Origin: Chiloscyllium plagiosum | Lineage: Eukaryota | Length of the DNA stretch: 64,000 nt | Assembly: GCF_004010195.1 (NCBI RefSeq) | Contig: NC_057755.1 | Span: 895,023-959,022 of the forward strand | Direction: 5' to 3' | Shown: in pieces, positions 35,630 through 49,614 of the stretch | Numbering within the stretch: the first letter of the stretch is position 1 | Layout: each line of letters starts with the position of its first letter | Translations under genes and position numbers: made by a program | Notes under the pieces: generated by a model | The model's database searches: none | Told to the model about the DNA's origin: nothing | What the model saw: the letters and a program-made list of their open reading frames with translations, nothing else

Positions 35630-38600
35630 TGAGGACACAGGGAATGTTGGGTAAGTGAACAAATGTATTCGGGCAGTGGCTAAACCCGAAACACTACACG
35701 GACCATGTCTCCCACCCGTCCTTCCCCCTCGAAGCAAAAAAAGAACACTATGCGAAGGGTTGGAAAGTTTATCTCTTTAAAAAATCTCTTTTGGAAATTT
35801 AAAGCACGGGGATGGAGACCATGGCAGTTGCATGCTTTTTTTTCAGGATGTGGGAGGTAGGGGTCATGACTTGTTTCCCTGCTGACTTCACCCGCGATAA
35901 GTGCACCCAATTCCCGCTCCTCCCAGACCCCGTAGGGAACTGGAGCTGAAGCTGGATGAACATCAGATCATTCCGAAGATTGAGTGGGTAATAGCGAGGA
36001 TTTATAGGGAGGTAGTCATACCTAAGTTAAAGGATAAAGGTAGCTGGTTGACTATCAGGGAGGGAAAGGGAAGAGGCAGTCAGTGCAAAACTCGCCTGTG
36101 GGTTTTCCCCTCGATAATCAATATTCCATTTTGGATACTGTTGGTGGGACAAACTACCAGGAAAAATCCACAGCGGCCAGGTCTCTGGCACTGAGCTTGG
36201 CTCTGTTGCTTAGTGGTGAAAAGGGGACAATAGAAGTGTGACAATGATAGGAGATCCAATGCTTAGGGGAAGAGACAGGAGCTTCTATTTCCGGATGCCA
36301 TTTGCTTTACGGGTGCCAGGGTCAGGGATGTCTCGGATTGAGGCTGCAGGATGCCTGAAGGGCAGGGTGAGCAGCCAGGAGTCGTGGCAAACCTAGGTAC
36401 CGATGACATAGATAGGAAATGGGATGAGAGATACAAAGTGAATTTAGGGAGTTAGATTGGCAGCTAGGAGGCAGGATGAGCACAGTAGAAATCACAGAAC
36501 TGTTAGCGGTGCCACGTGCAAGTGAGGCGAGGAACACAGGGTGATTCCAGCAGAACATGTAGCTGCACGGCTGCTATAGAAGGGAGGGCTTCAGATATGT
36601 GGGTCATGGGGATACCTCTGGGGAAGCTGGAAAATTTACAAGGAGGATGGTTGCTCCTGAACTGGAGGGGTACCAATGTCCTTTGTGCAAGTTTTGTTAC
36701 ATCTCTTTGGAATGGTTTAAACTAGTTTGGCAGGAGGTTGGGAACCTGTGCTATAGGCTAGGGTAGCTGGTGAAAAGGCCGATACAGCGTGCATAGAGTC
36801 TGTGAGGAAGGATAGACAGTTGATGGGACAAAGTTACAGTCAGTATGATGTGTTGAATGTATCTATTTTAATGCAAAACGTGTGTGGAATAATGGTGATG
36901 AACTTACAGCATAGATCAGTATTCTGAGCTATGATATTTTGGCGATTACAGAGACTTGGATCTAAGAGGGTCAAGGATGGTTGTTGGATATTCTCAGATT
37001 CAGATGTTTCAAAAGGAATGGGAGAGTGATAAAAGAGGTGGGGAAGTGGCATCGCTAATCAGGGAGAGTGTAACAGCTGAGGAAAGGGAGGTCGCCGTGA
37101 AGGTTTTGTCTGGTGAGTCATAATGGGTGGAAGTCAGAAACACGAAAGGAGCATTTATTTTATTGAATTTTTCTAAAGACACACCAATAGCAACAGCGAC
37201 ATGGAGGAGTAGATTGGGGGAAAGATTTTGGAAACGTGCAGAAGTAACAGGGTCGTTGTCATGGTGATTCAGTTTCACTAATATTGATTGGAACCCCCTT
37301 AGTGGAAATAGTTTGGAGAGAGCAGATTTTGGCAGGTTATGTCCTGGAAGTATTCCTGACTCAGTATGTAGATAGGCCGACTCAAGCGGAGGCCATATTT
37401 GATTTGGTGCTTGGCAACGAAACATGCCAGGTTTCCGATCTCTCAGTGGGAGATCATTTTGATGATAATGATAACAGCTCCCTGACCTTTACTTCATTCA
37501 TGAAGAGGGATAGGAGAAGATAGTATGGGAAAGTATTTAATTGGTGGAGGGGGAGTCACAATGCTATTAGGCAGGAACTGTGGAGCATAAATTGGGAACA
37601 GGAATACTCAGGGAAATGCACGACAGAAATGTGGAGATTGTTTCGGAAGCAGTTGCTGCGAGTTCTGGATAGGTTTGTCCAACTGATGCTCGGAAGGAAT
37701 CGTAGGGTGAAGGAACCTTGGATGACAAGAGATGTAAGTTTGAGGAAGGAAGGATGAGACAGGGTTCTAGAGAGTGACAAGGTAGCCAGGAAGGAACTGA
37801 AGAATGGACTTCGGAGAGCCAGAAGGGGGCATGAAAAAGCCTTGTTGGGTAAGGTTAAGAAATATACCTCAGGCGGTCTACACCTACCCGAAGAACAAGA
37901 GAATGGCCAGAATGAGTGTCGGGCAGATCACGATACCGCAGGGAGGTTGTGCCTGAATTCGTAGGAGGTAAAAGAGATCATTAATGAATTCTGAGCTTCC
38001 GTATTTACTCATCAGAGGGACCTTGCCTTTTGTGAGGACAGTATGAAACAGTCTGATACGCTCAAAAACTCTGATGTTAGAAAAGGAGGAAGTGCAGGAA
38101 ATTTTGAAAAGTATGAGGATACATACGCCTCCTAGGCCAGACGGGATATAGCTGAGGTTACTATAGGAAGCGAGGGAACAGATTTCTGGCAATGATATTT
38201 GCAACCTTACTATCTAATGGAGTAGTATCAGATGATTGGTAGGCTGGCAAATGTTATTCCCATGTTCAATAAAGTGAATAAGGATAACCCTTGGAATTAG
38301 AAACTAGTCAGTGCTTCGTCGCCGGTTGTCAAATTATTGCAGTGAATTCTGAGAGACAGCTTTTATGACTACTTGGAAAATGCATAGCCTGATTATCGAC
38401 AGTCAGCATGGCTTTGTAAGGGGCAGGTAATGTCTCACATGCCTTCTTGAATTCTTTGAAGATGTGACAAAATACATTGGTGAAGGTAGAGCAGTAGATG
38501 TGGTGCATATGGATTTTAGCAATGTGTTTCTTAAGATTCCCGTGGTAGCGTCATTCAGTAAATAAAGTGGCATGGGATACAGGGTAACATGTCTGTCTGG

Positions 38601-39580
38601 ATACAGAATTGGTTGTCCCACAGAAGACAGACGGTGGTAGGAGATGGGGGTATTCAATCTGGAGCTCAGTGAACAGTAGTGTTCCACAGGGATCTGTTCT
38701 GGAACCTCTGCTCTTTGTGATTTTATAAATGACTTGGGTGAGGAAGAGGAAGGGTGGGTGAGTAAATTTGTTGATAACACAAAAGTTGGTGGAGTTGTGG
38801 ATAGGTTGGAGGGTTGTAATGCTATATTGACAGGATGCAGAACCAGGCTAAGACATGGCATATGGAGTTCAATCTGGAGAAGTGTGAAGTGATTCATTCT
38901 TGCAGGTCAAATTTGAACGCAGAATACAGGGTTAAAGGCATGATTCTTTGCAGTGTTGTGGAACAGGGAATCTTAGGGTTCACATCCAATTATCCCTTAA
39001 AGTTGCAACCCGAGTTGGTCGGTTTGTTAATAAGATGTGTAAGGTGTTAGCTTTCAGAAGCAGGGTGACAGAGTTTAAGAGCCCGTGAGTTAATGCTGCA
39101 GCTCTATAAAACCATGGTGAGACCACATGGGGAGGATGTGGAAGCTATAGAGAGACTTCAGTGGAGACTTACCTGGATGCTACCTGGACTGGAGGGCATG
39201 TCTTATGAAGAAAGTTTGAGGGAGCTTGTGCTTTTTTTCAATGGAGCGAAGAAGGATGAGAAGTGACTTGATAGAGATGCACAGGATGATGACAGGCATA
39301 GATAAAGTGGATGTCCAAAAATTTGTTCCCAGGGAAAAAATGGCTATCATGAGTGGACATAATTTTAAGGTGATTGGAGGAAGATGTCAGAGGGAGGTTC
39401 TTTACACTAACAGTTGTGGGTGTGTTGAATATATATTATGAACTTTTAAGGAACTCTATGATAGGCACATGCATGATGAAAGAATGTAGGGCATATCATG
39501 TATGATCTTACTTTAACATAAAAGGTCAGCACAAAAGCGAGGGCCAATAAACCACTACTGCTCTATGTTCTATTCTCTAT
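35630..39580 (+). mobile_element. Nearly full-length, degenerate CR1 LINE (5' UTR, ORF1 with Cys motif and SGNH/esterase-like domain, ORF2 APE endonuclease and RT, tail)
   Basis: ORF1-like gcatgc...ggatgtggga...aagtgcacc (~35830-35905) and MIGDPMLRG (~36244). Endonuclease YDILAITETWI, RGGEVASLI, and YVDRPTQAEAIFDLVLGNE (ORF 37284-37523). RT SQHGFVRGR*CLTCLLEFFE, AVDVVHMDFS, VPQGSVL, FVDNTKVGG. Tail ctctatgttctattctctatg at ~39560-39580. Confidence 0.88.
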
Positions 39581-39599
39581 GTTTTTACCAAGTTCAACA

Positions 39600-41875
39600 G
39601 AGGGCAATAAAATAATAAATAAGAAAGGAGAAGATAAGGATAATTGCGCAAGTAATTAAAGAAAGACTGTAACCGCTTCTTTAGATATATAAAAGGCAAA
39701 AGATAGACAAAAGTGAACATTGGGCTGCCAGAAACTGTCTTTCGTGAGATAATAATGGGGGCTAGGAAATGGCTGAGGAACGGAATAATTACTTGGCGTC
39801 AGTCGTCATGTTGGAATTGAATTGAATTCAATCCATTTTACTGTACGTCTACCAAGGCACAGTGAACAGCTTTCTCTTGCGAGCAATATAGGCAGATCAC
39901 AATTTTAAATAGCATGCATCAGAAAATAATAGATAAACAGGGGCAAAGACCAAAACACAGGTACAGGCGAATGCTAAGACTTTGTAAGTGCATTCAACAC
40001 TCTACAACAGTAGGGTAGAAACTGTTTTGAAACTACCTGGTGTGTGTGTGTGTGTGTTCAAGATTCTGAACCTTCTCCCCGATGGTAGAGTTTGTCGAAA
40101 AACATTGCGAGGGTGTAATGGGTCTTTGAGAATGCTGGTGGTCTTTCCTTTACAACGGGTCTGGCCGCTGGATTCCATAGGTGGGAGGTTGGCCTTTGTG
40201 ATTGTACAGAGTAATATCCCAAAACCTCAATAGAGTGAAGGAGCAGAGTTGAGTATATTGGCCCTCACCAAGGAAAAGGTGCTAGAAGAACTGAATGGCC
40301 CTAAGGTAGATAAATTATCTGGACCAAATGGACAATTCCCCAAAGTTCTAGGAGCGATAGTTGAATAGATAATGGAGCCGTTAGTGGTGATCTTTCAGGA
40401 ATCGCTAAAATCAGGGAGGGTCACAGAAGACAGAAAAATCACTAACATGATATCCATGTTTAAAAATGGAGTAAGGCAAAAGATGGAAAATTACAGACTG
40501 ATTAGCCTAACCGCAGTTGTGAGGAAGATCCTGGAATCTTTTGTGAAAGATGAGATTTCTAAGTATTTGGAATTGTATACCTAAATAGGACAAAGTCAGC
40601 ATGGTTTAATCGAAGGGGAGGTCATGCCTGACAGATCTGCTAGAATTCTTTGAGGAAAGAACAACAGGTTAAACCAAGTAGAGGCAATGAACGTTGTCGA
40701 CTTGGACTTAAAGAAGGCCTTTGTCAAGTTGGCACAAGGAGGCTGCTGAGTAAGATGAGCGGCCGTGGTGTTCGAGGCAATGTATTATCATGGAAAGTAG
40801 TTTGGCTGGCTGACAGAAAGAAGAGAGTGGGATAAATGGTCCATCTCATGAAGGCAGCCAATGACAAGTTATGTTCCACAAGGTTCAGTGTGCGGATCGC
40901 AACTTTTCACTTTATACATTCGTGATCGAGATGAAGGAACAGAGAACGTTTTGGCTGGGGTTACACATGATACAAAGATGGCTCGTATTGAGGAGGCAGC
41001 GAGGCTGCAGAAGAATTTGGACAGTTTTGGAGAGTGGCAAAGAAATGGCATGTGGGAAAGTGTGAGGTCATGCTCTTGGGCTGGAAGAATACAGGCATGG
41101 ATATTTTTCCAAATGAGGTAAGGATTCAGAAGTCTGAAGTACAAAGAAACTTGCGAGTTCTAGTCCAGGATTCTGTCAAGGTAAACTTGCAGGTTGAGTC
41201 AGGAGTTGGGAAGGCAAATGCAATGTTGATAGTTGTTTTTTCAGAGGACTTGAATATAAAAGCAGGGATATGCTTCTGAGGCTCTATAAGGATCTGCTCA
41301 GGCCACAGTTGGAGTATTGTGTGCAGTTTTGAGCCCCATATCGCAGGAAGGATGTACTTGCCCTGGAGCGTGTTCAGAGGACATTCGTGAAAATGGTCCT
41401 GGGAATGAAAAGTTCAACATATGAGGAAAGTTTGAGGTTGCAGGGTCGAAACTCGACGGAGTTTAGAATGATGAGGTAAGGGAGGCGGTGATCTAATTGA
41501 AAGTTACAGAATCATGAATGACCTGGACAGAGTGGATGTTAAGAAAATATTTTCATTGGTAGGAGAGCATTGTAGTCGAGAGGATAGCCTTAGAGTAAAT
41601 GGAAGACCTTTTAGAATGGAGATAAGGAGAAACTTTTTCACAAGAAAGTCATGAATCTATGGATTCATTGCCAGAGATGGCTGTGAAAGCCAGGTTATTG
41701 AGTGCATTTAAGACTGATACAGATAGGTTCTTGATTGTCAAGATGATCAAGGGTTTCAGGGAAAAAGAGGAAGAATGGGGTTGAGAAACTAATCAGACAT
41801 GATTGAATGTTGGAGCAGACTCGAAGGGCTGAATGTTCTAAGTTCCACTCCTTTGTATTATGGTCCTCTGGTCTT
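39600..41875 (+). mobile_element. CR1 LINE ORF2 3' half, interrupted at ~39815-40205
   Basis: ORFs 40372-40584 (PLVVIFQESLKSGRVTED...ENYRLISLTAVVRKILES), 40861-41121 (VPQGSVCGSQLFTLYI) and 41034-41279; tail at ~41850-41875. Confidence 0.88.
39815..40205 (-). mobile_element. Rex1/Babar-like LINE 3' end nested in CR1
   Basis: (gaatt)n tail at ~39814-39826 and a 3' UTR shared with the 25985 element (actgtgccttggtagacgtacagtaaaa; tgaaccttctccccgatggtagag). Confidence 0.55.
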
Positions 41876-41879
41876 GTAT

Positions 41880-43260
41880 TTTACTGTCCCACCTGACATT
41901 GCGTTAACGGCAACATAACACAGAATCCCATCATCTCAGTCATTGATAGAGATTATAAATGGATGTGTTCCAAGTAGTTGTTCGTGTGGCACTCACTAAT
42001 AGCAGCCTGACAAACTCAAAATGTCATATTTATTCCTGCTGTCTGTTTTCTGTCCTTTGCCAGTCCTCACACCAAGTTCCATTCCCCTATTCCTAAAGGC
42101 CTCATTGACAACATTGACTCCAGTGCAAATATTTCCAGAATTTCATATTTCTGCATTCTTGTGCGTGTGCAAATCCCTACCTCAACTCACCTCCACATTT
42201 ACCAGCAGGCTGTTCAACCACTTCATCAGTGAGCTGTTCTATAATTCTCCACTATACATACGCAGTACAGTGCAGGTAGCAGAGAATCAGTCAATCCCAT
42301 CTGCTGCTGACCAACATGTGTGTGCCTCAGAGTCAGCTCTGAAACATGTGCAAAAGACTCTTATAAAGGTGCGACGTTCCCTATTGATTGGAGCTAATCG
42401 AATCATTGCGTTTTGAGTAGTTTTACCTGCTTCAAGCATTGTCTTAATTGGAGATTTTATATTCTATTGAGAAGTTGTACCTGTACAAGGTGGGGAATTC
42501 TATTGAGATATTGGATTTGTAAAAGGCGACAATGTGTCATCTCAAATAACCAATCCCTTGTGGGAACAGCCTTTGGTAAACAGGAAAAACACAACCCAGT
42601 GCTGAGAAGAACGTTTTTCAGAGTGACACTCAAAAACTGTAATTAGATTTCCAAATGGTCAGAGTCAAAGGAAGAGAGACTCTGAAATAAAATGAGACTT
42701 CAAAGTGGGATAAATGGTGTTGCGGTGTTCATGCTGGTAGCTATAGGCAGCAAAGAGGCTCAGGGGTTAGCCCTGCTGCCTCACAGGGCCAGCCGGTGGG
42801 TCTCAGTGGGATACTCTTTGCATTGTGAACTCGAAGGGCCGATTGGCCTTCTTCCACACCGTAGGGATTCTATGAATTTATTCAATATGCATTTTCTAAT
42901 ATTTCCAATTGACCAATTGAGATTTGCATGATCCAATGAACCTCAGTTCCAAACATATTCCATCACAAAAGCTCACTGTCGTCACCTGTTTGTTCAAATC
43001 CTCAACAAAACATGAATTAAAACAAGATGTAATGTAACAGTCCTCTCCGCGATGCCAGCAGATATAAATGAAGGACTTTGGGATTATATTACCTCGCCAT
43101 TTAGTACAAAGAGATTACCTGTGGAAAGAGATTCAGGAAGAAAATGCAGTTTTCGTTGAAATATGTGCTGAAAACTTTGTACACGACCCTTCTGATTGTA
43201 ACAATTCCTGGTAAGTGCCTTGCGCCATTGAATGTGTGTCAATCTCTCTGAGGATTCTTT
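41880..43260 (+). repeat. Duplicated promoter plus exon 1 block, copy A (paralogous to 56480-57865)
   Basis: Colinear matches, e.g. atctcagtcattgatagagattataaatgg (41933 and 56521), cagagtcagctctgaaacatg (42328 and 56913) and caattcctggtaagtgcctt (43202 and 57804). Confidence 0.9.
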
Positions 43261-46200
43261 ACTGTTTTACTCTGCAACAATTTGTTTGTTATGTAGAAAA
43301 TGCAATAACGTTGAGCGGGAGTTTTATTCCGGTTTTTGAGTGCATAAGCAGTGGGCTTCTCTGTGCTTCTGAATTTAACAGTTAGGTTATCGGTATTTCT
43401 GTAACCATGGCAATTTGTTAGAAAACTGGTTTTTGAAGTTTGGTTGTCTGGTGAATGACTTTGTCCATGAATGAGCTTTTGTATATTTTTGATTGTTTGA
43501 AACCGAGAATGGTAATAATGGAGACTCAAAGATTTGTTGGAGACTTTTGAGTTCTGACATTAAAGAAACCCCCTTAACTGAGAAACTGTTAGTTTCACTT
43601 TTATCTTTTTCGTGATTTCTTTTAGCTTCCGTAAGACCCAAGAACTGGCTGAATGTATGAATCTGTGCTCATGCAAAGGGAATTAGAGTTTTAGTCAATT
43701 ACATTACCTTGGAATGAAAATGTTGTGTTCATCCCAGGCCTTAGAATAAAGTAAAACTCTGAAGAGATTATTTAAAGCTGCATACATTAACACTCAGTTG
43801 TATAGTAGCTTCAGGAAGGCATTTACTGAAGTTCCAGTTTATAAGTGGAAGTCACAATCACTTAGCCAAGTGTTAAATGCAGGGATTCTGGTGGGAGTAT
43901 TACACGAGGTGTCTTTTCTTAAGAAAGGCACTGGAAGTGATTTTTTGCATAATATATCAAAATCGTTTTCTTGCATTAATGCATTACTTTGAAATTAATG
44001 AGAATTTCACATTTACTGTGTGTTCATAGTCTTTGAATTTGCGTTACAAATATGTTGTTTGGTTTAATCTATCATATCATCATTTCTTTTATAATTAACT
44101 TCTGCTTTGTTGTTGAAGTAGTATTTGCAGCATTATGTGAATACAATTCAGAAACAAAACACTTTGTTAAATCGAAACAAATAAAGTTGCAATCCATCCA
44201 GCTGGATTTTTGCCTGCTGCTGGCTTTTTTTATAATTACATATGCCAGTATCACAACAGAAATGAGGTTATTCAAAACATAGATTAACTCCTGAGCAACG
44301 GATTAAATAACACAACACTTTGATCACACTGTGTCCCAATTACACCACTCCAGATCCATTATATACCGTAGAACATGAACCGACATTCACACTAATATAT
44401 CATTCCATTTTAGCCCTCCCCAAATTACCACCCGATCATCCTGCAGCAGAGGCAAACCAAAACATTTACCCTCCATTCCCTGTCAGACCTGTAACGCTGG
44501 AAATATACAAGACAGTGGTTCGCTCACAGCTGCGGTTTTGTGCACTATTCTGATCACCAGGTAATAATGAGGATAGAATTGCACTCAGGAGACTGCAGAA
44601 GAGATTTACCAGAATTTTGCTTGGATGTGGAAACTGTTGCAGCATTGAGGAAAGTTGGATAGAGTGCAGGTCATATTCCCGAGAACAAAGGAGAATGAGA
44701 GGTGATGTGATTGAGGTATACAAAATAATCAGGGTCTTGGTTGGAGATCTGTCACTCCACACGGAGGGACACTTACCAGAAGACGCAGAACGAGAATACT
44801 TGATGGAAGGATTGTAGGGGACTTGAGGGCTTACCCTTTCATCCAGAATGTGGGGGTCTGTATGATATTCACTTCACTGTTTGGGGAGGCTTGAGGTAAA
44901 GCCCCTCAACTCATTGAAAGCATATATGTTCACAGGAAGTGAAGTCTCTGAGAAAACTGCCGGCCAGGTGTTGGAAAGTGGGAATAGAACAAGCAGCTCA
45001 TTTATTTACTTGATGCAGACATGAATTACAACTTTCAGTGCCATAACATTTCTACGATACTATGCGATTTTAGAAAGACTGAGGAATGTTAAAATGAATT
45101 CACTTTGTGGGATGAATAGCCTGTTTCTCTGCCGTACATTTCCAGCAGATGTCAGGGATCACTGGAATACTGTGGAATGTTAAAGTAATTCCAGAGCGCT
45201 GTGGCCACCTTTTAGTTGCTCACTGAAGAAATGTTTGAGGTTTCATAATTTTTACACTGCATGACGTAATTTTTCATGGGGAGGAATAATTTTAACTGAG
45301 TTGACAAGGTAAGAAATGATTATCATACCATTAGGTTAATATTGCTTGCGTCATTTAGGCATTCCCGTTACAAAATGAAGTGCTTTTGTTTTAAAAGATG
45401 TGCTGCTAAATCACGTTCTGTCCATCAACTGCAGAGTGTTCACATTATCATTTCAAATGTTAATTGCCACTGACAATATCAGCCCACAACAGAGAGTTAG
45501 ACAGAACAGGTTTATATTATCCTATACTATAAACGGATTGGAGCAGATGCATTCAGTAATTGCTTTGTAGTGAATTGTTTGGTTTGCATAATGTACTTTA
45601 TTCATAAATGTCATCAAGTACAATACAAAACAATTTGCGTCAGACAATGAACCCAATACAATAAAAAGTCAGGTTTCCCTAATTGAATTTTGCATTCATT
45701 TACTTGAATGTCAAAGCTAAATTAGAACATTTGATAAAATGACAAGGAATTGTTCACTTTCCTCAACAAGACTTGAGCTACTCAATGATTTAATCTATTC
45801 TCAGTTGAACCCCACAGAGTTAGCTTAGTTAGTGGCTCGTGCATTTAATGATGAAGCAAATCTTTCACAGCTCCGTTAATCTAATCCATTGAATAATTGC
45901 ATCTTCCCAAGTGCAGTAACTCAAATTTGTTGCAATATAGTAAAGAGGAGTACCCCAAAGTGCGAACAGCATTTGAAAAAACGTTCCAATGTTGATGAGT
46001 ATCAGCGCTTTGAACCTCAATTCCATTTTAGAAATGAACCAGTGTCCTTTGTTTGCAATGATACGGTCTTGCGCAGGAGAAAAACTGGGTCAACGTCTTG
46101 AGTACAGTGATGAATATTCAGATGAAGATATTACTTTGAAAATTGATTCCATTAACTCTTTTTCACTCCCCACTGATTCGGCCATACCTGTTGAGTACTG

Positions 46201-47716
46201 CCAGCCATTTGTATTTCTGCTTGCTGTTTGCAGCATCAACATCTCTGATTTATTTCAATAAAATGGCTCAATTTTCAACCTGTCTCCTCGAAACATAGAA
46301 ACTGTACATACAGAAGAGATGCTTCAGTCCATCAAGTCCGTGCTATTAAATCTACACGACATCTATGTGCATTCGTCTCAGTTTCCAACACTGTACTCAT
46401 TGTCTCCAATGCTATTACGCCTCTAGTGTTAGTCTGAGCAGCTTTAAAAGATCGTGAGGTTTCTTGCATCAACTACCTCCCAAGTACTGAATTGCAGGAC
46501 CCTCACCACTCTCTGTGTGAAAGCCTTTTCTTCACATTACCTCTAAACCTATGGCCTTTTACCTTCAGAATTATACCCGCATATCATCTGATAATTCCCT
46601 GCCCTTCCTCACGTAAATCAGGAGTGAGCAGAATTGAAATGAATTTGGCACAGCGCTGTCATTTTTAGCTTTGAGCTCTGAACCCTCCCAACTGACCCAG
46701 TTGGGCGCGAACATTTCTCACTGCTGTCTGAGCAGACACAGAGAACGTTTGATCAGTAACGTTTAGTTTCAACTTTACCTTCTGTCTCTTTCAGTTAATT
46801 TCCTGGTGACTTTGGACCTTGCATGTGGTAAGCGTGGCAGCTCTAACTGTACAACGCGTTGCCTGTTGGCTATGGCAACATTGAATATATTGTTTCTTCC
46901 CACGGAGATCATACTGCAGCAATTCGAACCCTATTACTCCTGAAAATCTTACCTGAACATCACCCCTGTGTGCAATGCTATATTTGTGCTAGCTCATTCA
47001 GCCACAGACTGTTCCATATGATTCACTGCCCTTTTCTCCTTTGATCATTTTGTAACTATTTGCTGCCAGAAAACAAAAACAAACATTGGACAGAGAAAGG
47101 CTTGGCTGTGGTTCTAGCTGCAACTGGCATTCCGCACTTGTTGAAAAAGTGTTCCCTTCTATTTTCGGTTTGAACCTGGGAGGATATTTGACAATGTTGA
47201 CCGGTATTACCACGTAAAGTCAAGTTATTTTACTGATCCTACGTGGCTGGAATTCAAGTGGTTTGGTATCATAGTAACCCTTGTGTTCATCAACAGAATT
47301 AACATTTGTGTTAATTCTGTTGATGAACACTCTGATGGCCAGGTACATTTTAGTGGCCAGTCGAGCCTGCAAGACCCTGATGGGTCAGAGGAAGGTCAAG
47401 AGTCAAAAAGACGCAGAGTTGAAGAGCCTGAGGAAGTTGGTGATTTCCGTCTTCACCATATCCATAAGCTTCGTACTTCTGTGGGAAGTGTGCGGTGCAA
47501 ATATATTGTACTTTCGCATTAAAGAAACAAATCGTGGGAAGTACAAATATCAACGTGTTTTTCTTTACATCGGCGAAATGCTGACGTATCTGAGCTGCAA
47601 CATGAGCACATGATTTTATACAGCGACTCTGCACAAGTTCAGACTGAAGTTCAGGAACGCAATGCATCAACTGGTCACGTAAATTCTTCCCTTATTGACT
47701 CAGCAAACAACTGAGA
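43144..47716 (+). pseudogene. GPR139-like GPCR pseudogene (exon 1 43144-43210; exon 2 46795-~47716)
   Basis: Exon 1 MQFSLKYVLKTLYTTLLIVTIP+G|gtaag (67 nt). Exon 2 after ctttcag: VNFLVTLDLACGKRGSSNCTTRCLLAMA...YYS*KSYLNITPVC...ATDCSI*FTALFSFDHFVTICCQK, then ORF 47281-47613 (DAELKSLRKLVISVFTISISFVLLW...GEMLTYLSC). Stops and frameshifts. Pairing of this exon 1 with this exon 2 is inferred from order and phase. Confidence 0.85.
44490..45065 (+). mobile_element. Degenerate CR1 3' end
   Basis: LEIYKTVVRSQLRFCALF, ALRRLQKRFTRIL and REQRRMRGDVIEVYKIIR. Confidence 0.75.
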
Positions 47717-48039
47717 GAGGTCCAAATACAGCAGCAATGTTCCCAGTGCAGGAAATGCACATGTACGGCCAGGATTCCATCAGCACAATCACGTGGATCT
47801 TCGTATAACACCCAACGGTGGAAGGTGGGGGTGAAAGAGGATGTGTAACCATTCACCACGCTGCTCTCCCTGATTGTCACACACGGGGACTCTCAGACAT
47901 TGAGCAGCAGGAGGCCATCCAGCCCTTTGAGCCTGATTCGCACATCACTTCAGAAGAGTGCGGCTCTTCCAATTGTTGCCTCAAATCCACATACCTGTGT
48001 TCCACTAAAGAGAATCCTTTATCCTCTCGTCCTCTCTTA

Positions 48040-48230
48040 GCTTCTTTCCTCAGTCTCTCTCTTTATGTCTGTCTCACTCTCTTTGCCTCTTTCTATCTGC
48101 ATCATTCTTTCTCTCTGTCTGTCTGCCTCTCTGTCTTCGTTAATGTCTAAATTCCTTCGTCTGTCTATCTTATTCTCTCTCTCTCTTCCTCTCTCCCCCA
48201 ACCCTCTTGCGCTCCCTGTGCCTTTTTCCC
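48040..48230. repeat. CT-rich low-complexity tract
   Basis: Repeated tctc/tctgtc units. Confidence 0.75.
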
Positions 48231-48681
48231 ACGCTGAACATATCAAACACTTGCCTCAGTTTAGCATATGCTCAATTGCATCGACTCAAATCCCTTACTG
48301 ATCCCATTATTCACTGATTTTACCCTGGAGGTAATTTTGCAAAATGCAACACGCACAGACACAGCCAGCAATACCTTTACTTTATACACAATACATTTCC
48401 TAAATGAGTCTCCATCCATTCCCTGACCTTTGATCATCTTTCTCTCTCACTCCCTCTGGCTGTGAGGGAGGTTTGTTCATGTGTTTCCCTTTCAGTGTGT
48501 GGGGGTTTTCATTGCCTTTGTGGAAGTCTCACTGTGTGTGAGTATCGCTCGGCTTTTGTCTCTGGAAATGTCCCTGGGTGTGACACATTTTGAGTATGCT
48601 TATGCATCTGGGAGTGGTTTCCCTCTGTGTCTTTTGGGAACTATTTTGATGACTATATATTGCTGTGTTTATGTATTTGGG

Positions 48682-48873
48682 TATGATTCCCAAAGCTACC
48701 TGGACAACACCTCCTCCTGGAAAAATGCTATCCCTTATGTCCAATGCCTCCGCCTCCGTTGCATCTGCAACGGACCAATTCCACCATAGAACATACCAGA
48801 TGGCCTCTTTCTTCAAAGACCGCAATTTCCACTCCCACTTGGTCGAACTTGCCTTGAGCACATCTCCTGTCTG
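48682..48873 (+). mobile_element. Penelope-like RT C-terminal fragment
   Basis: YDSQSYLDNTSSWKNAIPYVQCLRLRCIC and FHHRTYQMASFFKDRNFHSHLVELAL (ORFs 48481 and 48665) match the Penelope 'SYLDYTSSHP.SCK.AIPYSQFLRLRRICS' pattern. Confidence 0.75.
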
Positions 48874-48899
48874 AGCATTCTGTCTGTACCTAGGTGTTT

Positions 48900-49250
48900 T
48901 CCTATTTCTCGCAGTATGTCTGCGTTTATGTTTGTGTGGTTGTGCTAAGCTGTAGGTGTATTAATGTGCCAGTATGTAGGTATGTTCCTGCACTACAGTA
49001 TTCCTGTGCGTGGTTTGTGAAAGTTTGGATATGTTTCTGTGTCTGTGTGTAGGTATGTTCCCACATTCCAGTTCTCGTGTGTGTGCGTGTGTGTGCATGC
49101 GTCTCTGTGTGTGTCTGTCTGTGTGTGTGTGCCTGTATGTGTATTTGATTTGTTTCTATTTCTGTTTGAGAGGGTGTTCCTCTCTCTCAATTTGACTGTA
49201 CTTCTTTGTGTGAGTATGTTTTGTGTCTGTGTGCGGGTGTGTAAGTGAGG
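48900..49250. repeat. Degenerate (GT)n-rich tract
   Basis: gtgtgtgcgtgtgtgtgc... runs. Confidence 0.8.
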
Positions 49251-49614
49251 ATATGTTTATGTTTCGCTGTCCTCCTGTGCATGGTTATGCTTTTGTTTCA
49301 TCATATGACTCCCTCTGATGAAAAAGAACAAGTGAACTCTGCAGTATGTCACGGTGCACGGATTGATCTCAATTGAGTATTTCTGGAGTCTGGAAATGAT
49401 TTAAATATCAGTGACTGCCCTATTAACCCAGAAAGCTGAAATGTTACTTCAGGTCAAAGACCTAAATCTAACAATCTAAACGCGACAGAGGAATATATAG
49501 AGAAAATCAAGACACCAGCTCTTTGCTGCATGTTTGAAACAAGGATGTAATATATAAATATACTTTTTTTTTTCATTTTTGAGCTGTTTTTGCCCATACG
49601 TAAAAAATGTTACG

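Noticed and set aside
45490..45560. LYYPIL-like sequence resembling a GPCR first exon ahead of pseudogene 3 exon 2
   Set aside because: No ATG in context, an in-frame stop and no GT donor; 43144-43210 is a much better exon 1.
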